A stretch of DNA of 64,000 bases from an uncultured Acidobacteriaceae bacterium (GCA_963725245.1 CAVRYC010000006.1:3347-67346); one strand, 5' to 3'. Shown: positions 1 to 11,307, counted from the first letter of the stretch. Notes: generated by a model from the sequence alone, not told the origin. Program-made: numbers and translations.

Positions 1-407
1 TTGAAAATGCTGATGTACTTGAGCCGGCTGTCGCGCTTCAAATCCTGAATTCGCTGCGCGGCCAGACGCAGGAACTGTGAGATCTCCACGTCGCTCGCAT
101 TCCAGAGATGGCCGTCGTGGCGGGGATTTTCGAGTAGAACTTCGTGCGCGCCGATGGATCGCATGCGGTCGTAGAGGCCGTCGCCGCGGCGGGTCGCCTC
201 GCCCTCGATGTGGTAGAGCGCATTGGGATGGACGACGGAGCGCGCCGACCATGCGCTGCCATCCACTCCGGGTAAGTTGGCAATGACTTGCGCGGGCTGG
301 GCGGAGACACCGCAAAACCGGCAGGCTCGGGAGCGTGGAGCGGGGTCGGCGACATCGTCACCGGTGATCACCCAGGAACGGGTGATGGGATCTTTTCGGA
401 GTTCCAT
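1..407 (-). CDS. galT: galactose-1-phosphate uridylyltransferase-like protein (HIT superfamily), N-terminal part, runs off the window
   Basis: Own reverse translation from ATG (complement of 405-407): MELRKDPITRSWVITGDD..CRFCG..SVVHPNALYHIEGE..GAHEVLLENPRH. Absent from the ORF track because there is no stop inside the window. Confidence 0.6.
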   Translation of the reverse strand, partial: MELRKDPITRSWVITGDDVADPAPRSRACRFCGVSAQPAQVIANLPGVDGSAWSARSVVHPNALYHIEGEATRRGDGLYDRMRSIGAHEVLLENPRHDGHLWNASDVEISQFLRLAAQRIQDLKRDSRLKYISIF

Positions 408-446
408 GGGCTAAGAAGAGCAAAATCGACGCGGGGAGTCAAATGG

Positions 447-568
447 AGAATTTTGTAATTTGGCAATTTTGTAATTTTGTAATCTGAAAACCCTCCGGCA
501 GGCTAGAGTAGTAGGACTGACAAAATTGCAAATTACCAAATTGGAGATTACAAAATTACCAATTCCTC
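447..568. repeat. AT-rich inverted array of ~7-nt words (AATTTTG/TAATTTG and complement ATTACAA/ATTACCA)
   Basis: Left arm gagaattttgtaatttggcaattttgtaattttgtaatc; right arm acaaaattgcaaattaccaaattggagattacaaaattaccaattcc. Same family and same 3' end (TTACCAATTCC) as 17314-17405. Confidence 0.85.
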
Positions 569-569
569 T

Positions 570-3324
570 ATGTCTGAGCCCTCGACGCCGCTGATGCGGC
601 AATATGCCGCCATCAAGAAAGAGCATCCCAACGCTCTGCTGTTCTTCCGGCTGGGGGATTTCTACGAGCTTTTCTTCGACGACGCGGTGCTGGCCGCGCG
701 CGAGTTGCAGATCACGCTGACTTCGCGCAATAAAGAAAAGGGCATGGCCATCCCCATGTGTGGCGTGCCTTACCACGCCGCCGAGGGCTACATCTCAAAA
801 CTGATCCGGCGCGGGTTCAAGGTCGCGGTCTGCGAACAGGTAGAAGACCCGCGCCTGGCGAAGACGTTGGTGCGGCGCGAGGTGACGCGCGTGGTCACGC
901 CGGGAACGGCAGCGGATTCGTCGCTGAACGCCGAGGAGAACAACTTTCTGGCGGCGGTGGCAACGGTCGGGGATCGCGTTGGTTTTGCGGCGCTGGATCT
1001 TTCAACCGGCGAGTTTCGGGCGACCGAGTTTGCGGGCGAATCGGCTGGACGCCGCATTCAAGAAGAACTTGAACAATTACGGCCAAAAGAAATGCTGTAT
1101 GGATCTTCGGCGCCGCTGCTTGGAACGAGCGCGAGTGGGCAGACGCGGAGTCCTCGCCCGTCCGCGTGGCCGAGCGCTCATGCGAGCACGCCACCGTCCC
1201 CACACGGCACCGCGCCTGCTCGGATCCGGCGGGCTGGGCCGAAACTCCCCTCGACGACTGGATCTTCGCTCCCGACCACGCCATTCCGCTCCTGGAGAAC
1301 CACTTCGGCGTGCTCTCGCTGGAGGGCTTCGGGCTGGCGGGGAAACGGGCGGCGGCTTCGGCGGCCGGGGCGATCCTGTATTACATCCGCTCAACGCAGC
1401 GCGGCACGCTCGATCATGTGGACCGCATCGGCTTCTACGAGCGGCAGAATTGCCTGGTGCTCGATGCGGTGACGGTGCGCAACCTGGAGTTGATCGAACC
1501 ACTTTTCGCTGGGACCGGATGCCGGCGTGACTCTGTTCCGCTGCCTCGATGCGACCGTGACGCCGATGGGCAAGCGCTTGCTGCGCACATGGATGCTGCG
1601 TCCGTCTCTGGATCGGGCCGAGATCGAAGGCAGGCTGGATGCAGTCGAGGTGCAGGTAAAAGATACGGTGCGGCGCGAAGAATTGCGCCGGGCGCTGGAT
1701 GGAATTCTGGACCTGGAACGTCTGCTGAGCCGCGTCACGCTGGAAACAGCGAATCCACGCGACGTGCTGGCTCTGGCGGCATCGCTCGGCGCGAATTCCC
1801 AAGGTGCGAGCGGTGTTGGCTGGACTGTCCGAGCGTGTCTGAGTCACGACTTCCGAGTCACGACTGTCTGCACGCGACTGGGCACGCTGCATATCGCGAT
1901 CGACGAACTCAGCGATCTGCGGGAGAGGATCGACGGCACGCTGGTTCCGGAGCCGCCGCTCACCCTGAGCGATGGCGGGGTGATCGCCGCGGGCGTCGAC
2001 AAAGATCTGGACGAACTGCGCGACCTGAGCCGCAACTCGAAGCAATACCTGGCGCAAGTGGAGACGCGCGAACGCGAGCGGACGGGGATTGGCTCGCTCA
2101 AGGTAAAGTTCAATTCCATTTTTGGCTACTACATTGAGATTTCGAAAGCGAACCTGCACCTTTCGCCCGCCGACTACGAGCGCAAGCAGACGCTGGTGAA
2201 TGCCGAGCGCTTCACGACTCCGGAACTGAAAGAGTATGAGTCGAAGATTCTCGATGCCCAGGAGAAGATTGTCGAAATCGAGCGGCGTCTGTTTGCCGAG
2301 TTGCGTTCTGCCATTGCCGCCGAGGCCAAGCGCATCCGGCAAACGGCGCTGGCACTGGCCGAAGTGGATGTGCTCGGCTGCCTGGCGCACATTGCGGCGC
2401 TGCGGAATTATTGCCGTCCGCGTTTTGATGAAGCTGAAAAGTCCGAGGATGGCGGCGATCTGGAAATTGTCGAAGGGCGTCATCCGGTGATCGAACTGCA
2501 GGAACTGGCGGCAGGCAGCGAGCGCTTCGTTCCGAACGATCTGTTTCTGGATTCCTCCACTCACAACATCATCGTGCTGACCGGGCCGAACATGGGAGGC
2601 AAGAGCACTTATCTGCGGCAGGCGGCGCTGATCGTGATCATGGCGCAGATGGGCTCGTTTGTTCCCGCGCGCGCCGTGCGGCTGGGAATTGTCGATCGCG
2701 TCTTCACCCGCATTGGCGCAAGCGACAACGTGGCCCGTGGGCGCTCGACGTTTATGGTCGAGATGACGGAGACCGCGGCGATTCTGCACACGGCGACGGC
2801 GCGGTCGTTGATCCTGTTAGACGAAGTCGGGCGCGGCACTTCCACTTATGACGGACTGGCGATCGCGTGGGCCGCTGTCGAGTATCTGCACGCGCGAGTG
2901 CATGCCAAAACTTTATTTGCCACCCACTATTTCGAGCTGACCGAATTGGCTGAACAATTGAGTGGCGTGAAGAACTATCATGTATCGGTCAAAGAGACCG
3001 GCGGAAGCGTGGTTTTTCTCCGCCGAGTCGAACCGGGCGCAGCCGACCGCAGCTACGGAATCGAAGTAGCAAAGCTGGCGGGATTGCCGAACGAAGTCGT
3101 GGTGCGTGCGCGCGAAGTGCTGGCCGAGCATGAATCGTCCGAGCGTCGGCTTTCAGGGCATCTGACGCCAGGCTGCTTCCACTGAGCCGGAGCGTCCGAC
3201 GCAGTTGACCATCTTCACGCCGCTGTCGCAGCCCGTGCTGGAAAAGCTTCGCGAAGTAGATTTGAACCGGCTGACGCCGCTCGAGGCGCTAAACTTGCTG
3301 GCGGAGTTGAAAAAAGAAATCTAA
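570..3324 (+). CDS. mutS: DNA mismatch repair protein MutS, with about 3 apparent frameshifts
   Basis: N-terminus [39 protein letters not shown]; Walker [11 protein letters not shown]; STFMVEMTE. Reading continues across ORFs 570-1472, 1166-2137 and 1527-3185, plus a tail ending [14 protein letters not shown]. Frame breaks near 1130-1225, 1512-1520 and 3140-3190. Confidence 0.9.
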
Positions 3325-3395
3325 CCGCCGAGACGCGGAGTGCGCGAAGAAAGGTAGGCAGATCACTGTAAGCGCAGGCAACTGGCAGGAATACC

Positions 3396-4262
3396 ATGGA
3401 ACTTGGCACCTGTAAGCTCTGTCTAAAGGAAAAACCTCTCGTCCGCAGCCATCTGATGGCTCGAGGGGTCCATGATTTCTGCCGCACGCCAAATGACAAT
3501 CCTATTTGGAGACGAGTAAAGTCATTATGCAGTCCAGCCTACGACTCGTCCGCTGCATCTGCGGGGAGTGTGACGGCGACATACTGAGTCGTGCAAGCGC
3601 GAGCAAATCTGGGCCCTTTTGCCGCTGCTTGCGGACAGCCGGCAAGATCTGGACAATTTCCTTTTCCAAGACATCTTGCTGGAGGACACACCCGGAGCTC
3701 AGCGATGGCGACTCGGAAAATGTACGCGGCATCAAGGAGGGATACCCAGAGATTGATGTCGCGAAGCTCGCACTCATTTTATCGCAATGGGGGTCAAGAT
3801 TTGGAAAGCATCGGTCCACCATGGAGGAAGGCTGGCCTTGAAACAGAGCCGCTCAAATCAGCTTGCCAAGTATGGAGAATTCGTGTCGCTGCTCTTGCGC
3901 CTGCTCGGGAAGGCTTCCGAACTCGATATGGACCGGCGTTGGCCGTAGGAGTCATACCACCTGCGGTAAAGACGAAAGGAATCTGCCGCCCAGACGCGGG
4001 GGTCCGCCGAGAAATCCGCCAGAGAAAATGGAACAGACTGGACTTTGCTCACAGGAATTCAGAATTCGACAGTAATTGGATCATGCTAGTCGGGATACGA
4101 TTTCCTCGTTTTTTGCACTTGGAAGCTGATTCTGCGATTCGCCGTTATCTGCGCTTGGTAATCACCTCCAACAAGTATTGTTTCCCATGTGATCGACAGG
4201 ATCGGCAAGTTATCAAGCAGTGTATCATTCAAGATTGCCTTCTCGTTCAAGGCTGCACGTGA
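3396..4262 (+). pseudogene. fragmented Cys-rich ORF of unknown function in a visibly lower-GC patch
   Basis: Starts MELGTCKLCLKEKPLVRSHL. A second CxxC (CICGECDG) lies in a different frame. The best reading hops between all three + frames. No family recognised. Confidence 0.25.
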
Positions 4263-4321
4263 GGCTCGCGATCATCTTGCTGAGAATCTAAAAAGGTAAA
4301 GATCGCATAAGAAAAACCGAT

Positions 4322-5454
4322 TTGCAAAGTGTACGCATGCCATCGAATCACTCGTGGAATATTGACTATGAATCACGACAGATTGCACGACGATCATTGG
4401 GTTCGAAAAAGCAGGTTAGGTCTGGCATTACTGATTGCCTTGAGCACAACCAGAAGCAAAGTCGCGCGACTCAAATAAATATCGGCCAACTCCTCATCAT
4501 CGGCTTCGACGGGACCGGGATGTCTCCGCGCCTCGCTTCCTTGCTCACGAAGATTCAGCCGTCGGGCGTGATTCTGTTTGCCCGCAACATCGCTGCCGCC
4601 GAACAGACGCACGCGCTTCTGCGGGAATGCCAGAAGTGCGTGGCCACGCCTCTATTTACTTGCGTGGACCTCGAAGGTGGCTCGGTGGACCGTTTCCGCA
4701 ACGTGATCGGTCGGACGCCTTCTGCGGCAGAGGTTTTTGCCACAGGCAGCCGCGCCCTCTATCGCAAGCATGGGTGGTTGATCGGAGAGAATTGCCGTGC
4801 GCTAGGCTTCAACGTGGATTTTGCCCCCGTGCTCGACTTAGCCTTCGAGGCTTCGCGTTCGGTGATGAGTTCGCGGGCGGTTTCGGACGATCCTAGGCAG
4901 GTGGTTATTTATGCACGCGAATTTCTGCGCGGATTAGGCGAGGCCGGAGTGCTCGGCTGCGGCAAACACTTCCCCGGACTGGGCGAGGCCACTCTTGATA
5001 CACATCATGAACTGCCCAGCGTGGAAAAACCGCTGCGCAAATTGTGGGACGAGGATCTGGTTCCGTATCGCGTTGTCTGCGGCGCGAATTGCCTATCATC
5101 ATGGTTTCGCATGCGGCTTATTCGGGGGTCACAAAGGACGGACCAAAGAACGAACTCCGGCATCGCTATCGAAAAAATGGATCACCGGCATTTTGCGCAA
5201 GAAAATCGGTTACAATGGCCTGGTCGTTCGGACGATATGGAGATGGGCGGCGCTCTGGCGGCTGGCCCGATCGAGCAAGTGACGGTCGGGCACATCCGCG
5301 CCGGGGGCGATCTTGGCCTGATCTGTCACAAGAAGAGATCATTCTGCGGGCGCACGAATCCCTGATCCATGAAGCTGAACGCGACGGCCAATTTGGCCGC
5401 CGCGTGCGAGGAATCGGCAGGGCCGTGCTGTTGCGCGTTCAAGCTCGCGTTTAA
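4322..5454 (+). CDS. nagZ: beta-N-acetylhexosaminidase (glycoside hydrolase family 3, NagZ-like), at least 4 apparent frameshifts; both ends uncertain
   Basis: GQLLIIGFDGT, VILFARNI, GFNVDFAPVLDL, KHFPGLGEATLDTHHELP, IIMVSHAAY, GLVVSDDMEMGG. These motifs are recovered from ORFs 4322-5365, 5044-5454 and 4995-5282. Confidence 0.8.
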
Positions 5455-5598
5455 GAAGAAGGTTGATAACAATTCCGGCGCGACGCCGCGTTCCCGCTCC
5501 CACTTCCGCACGAGTCGAAAAGCTAACGCGGCAGCTCTGGGAGTTCGGGGAAGAAATCCGGCTGGGTACGCTTGCTCGCTCGGGAAGAAGGCTGGAGC

Positions 5599-6813
5599 AT
5601 GATCGTTGCCGGTGTGATGAGCGGCACTTCGGCGGACGGAATCAATGTGGCGCTGGTGCGGTTCGCCTCCGACGGAGCTGGACGGGCCAAAGGCCCGTCA
5701 CCACACAAACACCTGCGCGCAACTTCGCGCTTCTGGCTCACGAAGAATATCCGTTCCCTGCCCGATTCGACGCGCAATCCTGGAAATGATGAACGCGGAG
5801 TTGGCCCGCGTTGCGGATCTGGCCCGGCTGAATTTTCTTCTCGGCGAACTGTATGCCGAGGCAGTGGGGAAGACTGCGCGCAAGCATCGCGTGAAGTTGA
5901 CCTGGTTGGCTGCCATGGACAGACACTGTATCACCAGGGAATGCCAGAGCGATTTCTCGGGCGACGATTGGCAGCGACTTGGCAGACCGGGGAAGCCGCG
6001 GTGATGGCGGCGCGGCTGGGCGTGCCGGTGATTTCTGATTTTCGTCCCGCGGATATAGCGGCGGGAGGGAAAGGTGCGCCGCTCGTACCGTTCTCGATTA
6101 TCTTTTTTATCGCGATCATGTATCGGGACGCTGGCACGACCGCATGCAGGGCCGGATTGCGCAGAATATCGGTGGAATTGCGAATCTAACGGCGATTCCC
6201 GCGGGCGCTTCGCTGCACCAATTAGTCGCCTTTGACACCGGGCCCGGCAACATGGTGATCGATGCGGTGATGGAGGAACTTTCGCAAACGCTATGATCGT
6301 GATGGCAAGGTTGCGGTGTCTGGGCGAGTGCTGAATGGCGTGATCACGCAGTTGCTGCGGGCGCGGTTTTTTCGGCAGAAGCCTCCACGGACAGCGGGCC
6401 GCGAAGAATTTGGACGCGAATATGTCGGCAGATTTCTTCAGGTGTGCCACGGCGCCCGCAAGCCCGACGTGGTGGCAACGGCAACGGGCTTGACCGCGCG
6501 GTCCATCGCCGAGGCAGTGCAACGATTCGTGATGCCGCGATTTTCTCCACGGCGCACGCTGCGCAAACACCAGATGATTGTCTCGGGCGGAGGGGCGAAG
6601 AATCTGACACTGATGGCTATGTTGCGGGATGAGATCGCAACCCTCGGGATCGGGCTACGCTTCTCGGATGATTTCGGCCTTCCGGCGGAAGCGAAGGAAG
6701 CAGTGGCGTTTGCCTTGCTCGCGCATGAGACGTGGCATAGGCGGCCATCCAATGTGCCCTCGGCTACGGGAGCCAGGCGGGCGGCGATTCTGGGAAAGAT
6801 CTCCTATGCGTGA
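5599..6813 (+). CDS. anmK: anhydro-N-acetylmuramic acid kinase, at least 4 apparent frameshifts
   Basis: MIVAGVMSGTSADGINVALV, LVGCHGQTLYH, ISDFRPADIAAGGKGAPLVP, FDTGPGNMVID, and the C-terminus MIVSGGGAKN..FALLAHETWH. The reading is spread over ORFs 5572-, 5645-, 5463- and 6316-6813. Confidence 0.8.
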
Positions 6814-6844
6814 GGCGGCAGCGCAAGAAGGACCAGCGCAAGAA

Positions 6845-6920
6845 AGAATTGTCATCCTGAGCGAAGCGAAGGACCTGCTTTGCGCCCGCTCCCGATACAC
6901 CACCACCAGGATGACAATTC
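6845..6920. repeat. GTCATCCTGAGCGAAGCGAAGGACC-family element bounded by a 14-bp inverted repeat
   Basis: gaattgtcatcctg (6845-6858) and caggatgacaattc (6907-6920). Related copies at 19845-19929, 21807-21918 (reverse orientation) and 56013-56136. Confidence 0.9.
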
Positions 6921-8424
6921 TGTTGCTAGTCACCGCCGGAGTGGTGCTGCCTCTCCTCTCCTGTTCCCAAGCTCCCGATCCCACCACGCTGGTGATGATT
7001 ATTGAAAGCAGCCCAACCAATCTTGATCCCCGAGTCGGGATTGACGCGCAGTCGGAGCGCATTGGCGAACTACTCTTTGACGCGCTGCTGACTCGCGATG
7101 AGCACCTAAATGTTCAGCCCGGCCTGGCGGAGCGTTGGGAGATTCCGGATCCCTTGACCTACATCTTCCACCTGCATCCCGGCGTAACCTTTCACGATGG
7201 GCGCCCGCTTACCTCCCGCGACGTTAAGTGGACGTTCGACTCGCTGCTCGAGGGAAAGATTCGCGGCACGAAGTCGGCGGCATACCGTTTCGTGGACCAC
7301 ATCGATGCGCCCGAAGAATTCACCGTGGTATTTCATCTGAAGGAGCCGAACGCGACCTTGCTGTGGAACCTCTCGGAGGGGGCGATCGGCATCGTGCCCT
7401 ACGGAATGCTCGACGAGATCACGCGGAATCCGATGGGCTCGGGACCGTTCAAGTTTGTCAGCGCCGAGCAAGATAAAGAAGTCGTAGTCGAGCGCAACGA
7501 CAATTACTGGGGTGCAAAGGCGCGCCTGGCCAGGGTACGCTTCACCGTGGTGCCCGACGCAACCACGCGGGCGCTGGAATTGCGCAAGGGCAGCGCCGAT
7601 GCCGCGATCAATGCTCTTACTTCCGACACCATTGTGGCGCTGGAGCGCCAGTCGAATTTACAGGTTGAGCGCGCGCCGGGCACGGTGCTTTCCTATCTCG
7701 CATTTAACCTGCGCGACCGGACCTTGCAGGATGTGCGGGTTCGCCGGCGATCGCGTATGCCATCGACCGCGGCCCTCTTCTCGAATACATCTGGCGCGGC
7801 TTCGCACAACCGGCTCGGAGTGTGCTCCCGCCGCAAAGCTGGGCGTATGACCCGGATGTGGCGGCCTACCCACACAATCCGGAGAAAGCCCGCCAGATGC
7901 TCGACGCCGCCGGCTACCAGGCTCGCGATGGCGTTCGCTTTCACTTGACCATGAAGACGTCTACGGAGGAATCCACGCGGTTGCTGGCTGCGGTGTTGCA
8001 GCAGCAGTTGCGGGATGTGGGCATTGCGCTCGATATCCGCACGTTCGAGTTCGCCACATTTTTTGCCAACGTCACCAGCGGTGCTTTCCAGGTTTATTCT
8101 TTGCGCTGGATCGGCGGCAACGAAGTCCGGATATTTTTGAGTATTCCTTTCACTCCAACCGATTCCCGCCCAAAGGCGCCAACCGCGGTTTCTATCCAAT
8201 CGGAGGATCGACGGGTTGATCGACCGGCGCGCCGCGAAACCGATCAGAATGCCCGCCGACGACTGTACTTTGAAGTTCAGGAAGTGCTAGCACAAGATGT
8301 TCCGTATATAGACCTGTGGTACTTCGATAACGTGCTCGTGCACACGCGGCGCGTGCGGAACGTGACCCTGAATCCGTCGGGAAATTACGACTTTCTGAAG
8401 ACGGCGGAGATCAGTAGCCAGTAG
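6911..8424 (+). CDS. ABC transporter substrate-binding lipoprotein, family 5 (peptide/nickel type), 2-3 apparent frameshifts
   Basis: Signal peptide plus lipobox MTILLLVTAGVVLPLLSCSQ; ESSPTNLDPR, ERWEIPDPLTYIFHLHPGVTFHDG, PMGSGPFKF. Continues in ORF 7822-8424. The ATG at 6911 lies inside the right arm of the 6845-6920 repeat. Confidence 0.8.
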
Positions 8425-8446
8425 CCAGTTGCCGGTTACCAGTACG
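8412..8446. repeat. one-armed tandem heptamer array
   Basis: cagtagc cagtagc cagttgc cggttac cagtacg. Overlaps the stop codon of the preceding gene. Confidence 0.7.
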
Positions 8447-8484
8447 CGAAGCATCCGCAATTTTCAGCGTGTTACCATCGTCTC

Positions 8485-9276
8485 TTGAAAATTCTTTTTA
8501 TCGGTGACATTTTTGGCCGCCCCGGACGGACAATCGTAAAAGATCGCCTACCTGAACTGCGCCAGCAGCACGGCGTGGATCTGGTCATCGCCAACTGCGA
8601 AAATGCCGCGGCTGGCTTCGGAATCACACCTCCGCTGGCGGAAGAGCTTTTCGATTTGGGTATCGACGTGATGACCACTGGAAATCACGTCTGGGACAAA
8701 CGCGAAATCATCGAATACTTCCACATGGCGGACGGCAATCCACACAGTCCGGCGCGCCGCCTGCTGCGGCCTGCGAATTTTCCGCATAACCTGCCCGGTT
8801 GGGGAGTGTACGAAAGCCAAAAAAACGGCGTCGGTTATGCCGTCGTGAACCTTCAGGGGCGTGTGTTCATGGGGTCAAGCGACGATCCCTTTCGCTACGC
8901 CGATCGACTTCTGGAACAGATAAAGTCGAAGGTCGTGTTGGTGGATTTCCATGCCGAGGCCACGTCCGAAAAAATCGCCTTCGGCTGGTACGTCGACGGA
9001 CGCGACACCGCCGTGGTGGGCACGCACACGCACATCCCCACCGCGGATGAGACCGTCTTACCCAAGGGCACCGCCTACATCACGGACGTCGGCATGACCG
9101 GCCCGTACGACAGCGTCATTGGGGTCAAGAAAGAATTAGTGATTGAGAAATTTCTCAGCGGGATGCCAGCCCGCTTCGAAGCGGCCAACGGAGACGTCCG
9201 ACTGTGCGCCGTGCTGGTCGAGTGCGATGCCCAGACCGGGCGTGCCACGCGGATGGAACGGCTGATGCTGCGGTGA
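8485..9276 (+). CDS. ymdB: YmdB-family metallophosphoesterase (2',3'-cyclic-nucleotide phosphodiesterase-like)
   Basis: Intact 263-aa ORF with TTG start. MKILFIGDIFGRPGR, VIANCENAAAGFGIT, TTGNHVWDK, DFHAEATSEK, GTHTHIPTAD. Confidence 0.85.
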   Translation: MKILFIGDIFGRPGRTIVKDRLPELRQQHGVDLVIANCENAAAGFGITPPLAEELFDLGIDVMTTGNHVWDKREIIEYFHMADGNPHSPARRLLRPANFPHNLPGWGVYESQKNGVGYAVVNLQGRVFMGSSDDPFRYADRLLEQIKSKVVLVDFHAEATSEKIAFGWYVDGRDTAVVGTHTHIPTADETVLPKGTAYITDVGMTGPYDSVIGVKKELVIEKFLSGMPARFEAANGDVRLCAVLVECDAQTGRATRMERLMLR

Positions 9277-9376
9277 ACCTCTCCCTCATGTGCCGACTCC
9301 TCCCGTTACGACCGTAGCTCCCAAGCCCGATTTCTCTTGCAAGACAGCAGCAGCCAGGCATTCTATAGTAACTAAT

Positions 9377-11211
9377 ATGCGATGGTTGCCAGCAGGCATT
9401 GTTTTGTTGCTTGCCGGAATGTGTCTGGCCACAGACACTCCCCCGGCCGCTGCGCCATCGCTCTGCTCCAATTCCAAGGGCGCGCCCGCCTGCCAGGGTC
9501 CTGTCAAAGACCTGAAGGCCGCTCGTCAAGCATTCGCGCGCGGGCTGAAACTCGAGAAATCGAAAAATCTGGACCAAGCCTTTTACGAATTTGAGGAAGC
9601 GTCTCGCCTGGTCCCGCAAAACGTGGAATACCTGACCGCGCGGGAGATGACGCGTCAACATCTGGCCGGAATGCATCTGCAACGCGGAAACAGCGACCTG
9701 CTCGATGGCCGGCAAGTGGAGGCGCTGGCGGAGTTCCGAACGGCGCTCAATCTCGATCCGCAGAACGAATTCGCTCAGCAACGGATAAGCGACGCCCTGG
9801 GCCCGCGCCGGTGCGCGTTGCAAGCCCGCCGCAAGTTGTCGCCAGCGCCGAGGCGATCGCCGCTAAACCGATCGACGGACGCCACGACTTCCACTACCGC
9901 GGCGATTCGCGCGGTCTGCTCACGTCAGTCGCTGCAAGCTATGGGCTGACGGTGATCTTCGACGATACCTTCGCCAGCCGCCGCGTGCGCTTCGATATTG
10001 AGAATGCCGATTTCGCAACCGCCCTGCAGGCGGCCTCCGCGGCCACCAAGAGCTTCAGCGTGGCCCTGGAAGACAATATTCTTTTTGCCAGCGCTGACAC
10101 CCAGAAAACCACCGCTCCTACGACCGCATGGGCATGCGCTCGTTTTACATCGCGGGCGGCGATCCTGCCAAGGATTTGAACGACCTGATGAGCACACTGC
10201 GGACGCTCTTTGAGTTCAAGTTCGTGAACCTCAACGCCGCGTCGAGCACGATCACGGTGCGCGGGCCGAAGGCGGCACTGGAAGCCGCCACCCAGTTTCT
10301 CGAAGAGTTCGATAGTCCGCGTCCGGAAGTAATGCTCGATCTGAAAGTCTTCCAGGTGAGCCACACCTACATGCGTACGATCGGGCTGCACGTCCCGGAT
10401 ACTTTCAATCTTTTCAATATTCCGGTGGCCGCACTCGCGGCTCTTGGCGGACAAAACATTCAGAGCCTGATCAACCAACTGATTGCCTCTGGCGGTATCA
10501 ACCAAGCCGGCAATCAGACCATTTCCGCCCTGCTCGCGCAATTGCAAGGCCAGCAGAATTCCATCTTCAGCCAGCCGCTCGCGACCTTTGGCGGCGGGCT
10601 CACGCTGATGGGCCTTAGTCTGGATAATCTCTCCGCCGCGCTTACCATGAATGCCAGTTCCGTCCGCGAGCTTCAGCACGTCCACCTGCGGGCCTCCCAG
10701 GAAAAGGACGCCACTTTTAAGCTGGGAGAGCGCTATCCCATCCTCAACGCCAGTTTTGCGCCGATTTATAACAGTCCGCCATCGCGCAGGTCGTCGGGAA
10801 TAACTCGTACACTGCGGCCTTTCCTTCCGTCAATTATGAGGACATCGGGCTCACCCTCAAGGCGAAGCCGCTGGTGCACAACAATTCAGACGTGGCCCTC
10901 GAGCTGGAGCTACAATTCCGCACTTTGGGCGCTACAAGCTCAAATGGCGTTCCGATAATTTCCAATCGTGAGTACAAGGGCGGGATCATGCTCAAGGAAG
11001 GTCAACCGGCGGTCGTAGCGGGAATGGTCACTGCTTCCGAGCAGAGGAGCCTGAGCGGTCTGCCCGCGTTTTCCAAGTCCCGGGCTTCGGCCTCCTCACC
11101 TCGCAGAGCACCAAGCAGGAAGAGAACGATGAGCTGCTGATCCTGATCACGCCGTACGTGGTCCGTAGCCCGGAGCGCACCGAACCGCGGGAAATCTGGA
11201 TGAGCAAGTAA
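9377..11211 (+). CDS. secretin-family outer membrane protein (type II/III secretion system protein, GspD/PilQ-like) with a TPR-like N-terminal region, about 4 apparent frameshifts
   Basis: Signal peptide MRWLPAGIVLLLAGMCLA. Secretin C-terminus recovered by frame stitching: GGIMLKEGQPAVVAGMV..LSGLPAFSQVPGFGLL..ELLILITPYVV. Pieces in ORFs 9290-, 9811-, 10128- and 10874-. Confidence 0.75.
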
Positions 11212-11307
11212 ATCGGGTCATCTGGATCGGGCAAGGGGTCTTTTGAAGTCGGAGCTTCATTTGGGTTTCAGTGTTCCTTCGATCACCCGATGACCCGATG
11301 ACCCGAT
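11212..11307. repeat. inverted array of ATCGGGTCAT / GATGACCCGAT words between convergent genes
   Basis: Left arm aatcgggtcatctggatcgggc; right arm gatcacccgatgacccgatgacccgatc. Confidence 0.7.

Noticed and set aside
1077-2789. Long antisense ORFs in the track: 1077-2789(-) 570 aa, 5698-6570(-), 9939-10685(-), 15518-16645(-), 17801-18898(-), 19347-20081(-), 41823-42794(-), 46402-47505(-), 48032-48910(-), 61088-61861(-).
   Set aside because: Each lies opposite a gene with clear family motifs. Their translations are Arg/Ala/Gly/Pro-rich with no recognisable motifs, which is the usual shadow-ORF pattern in GC-rich DNA.
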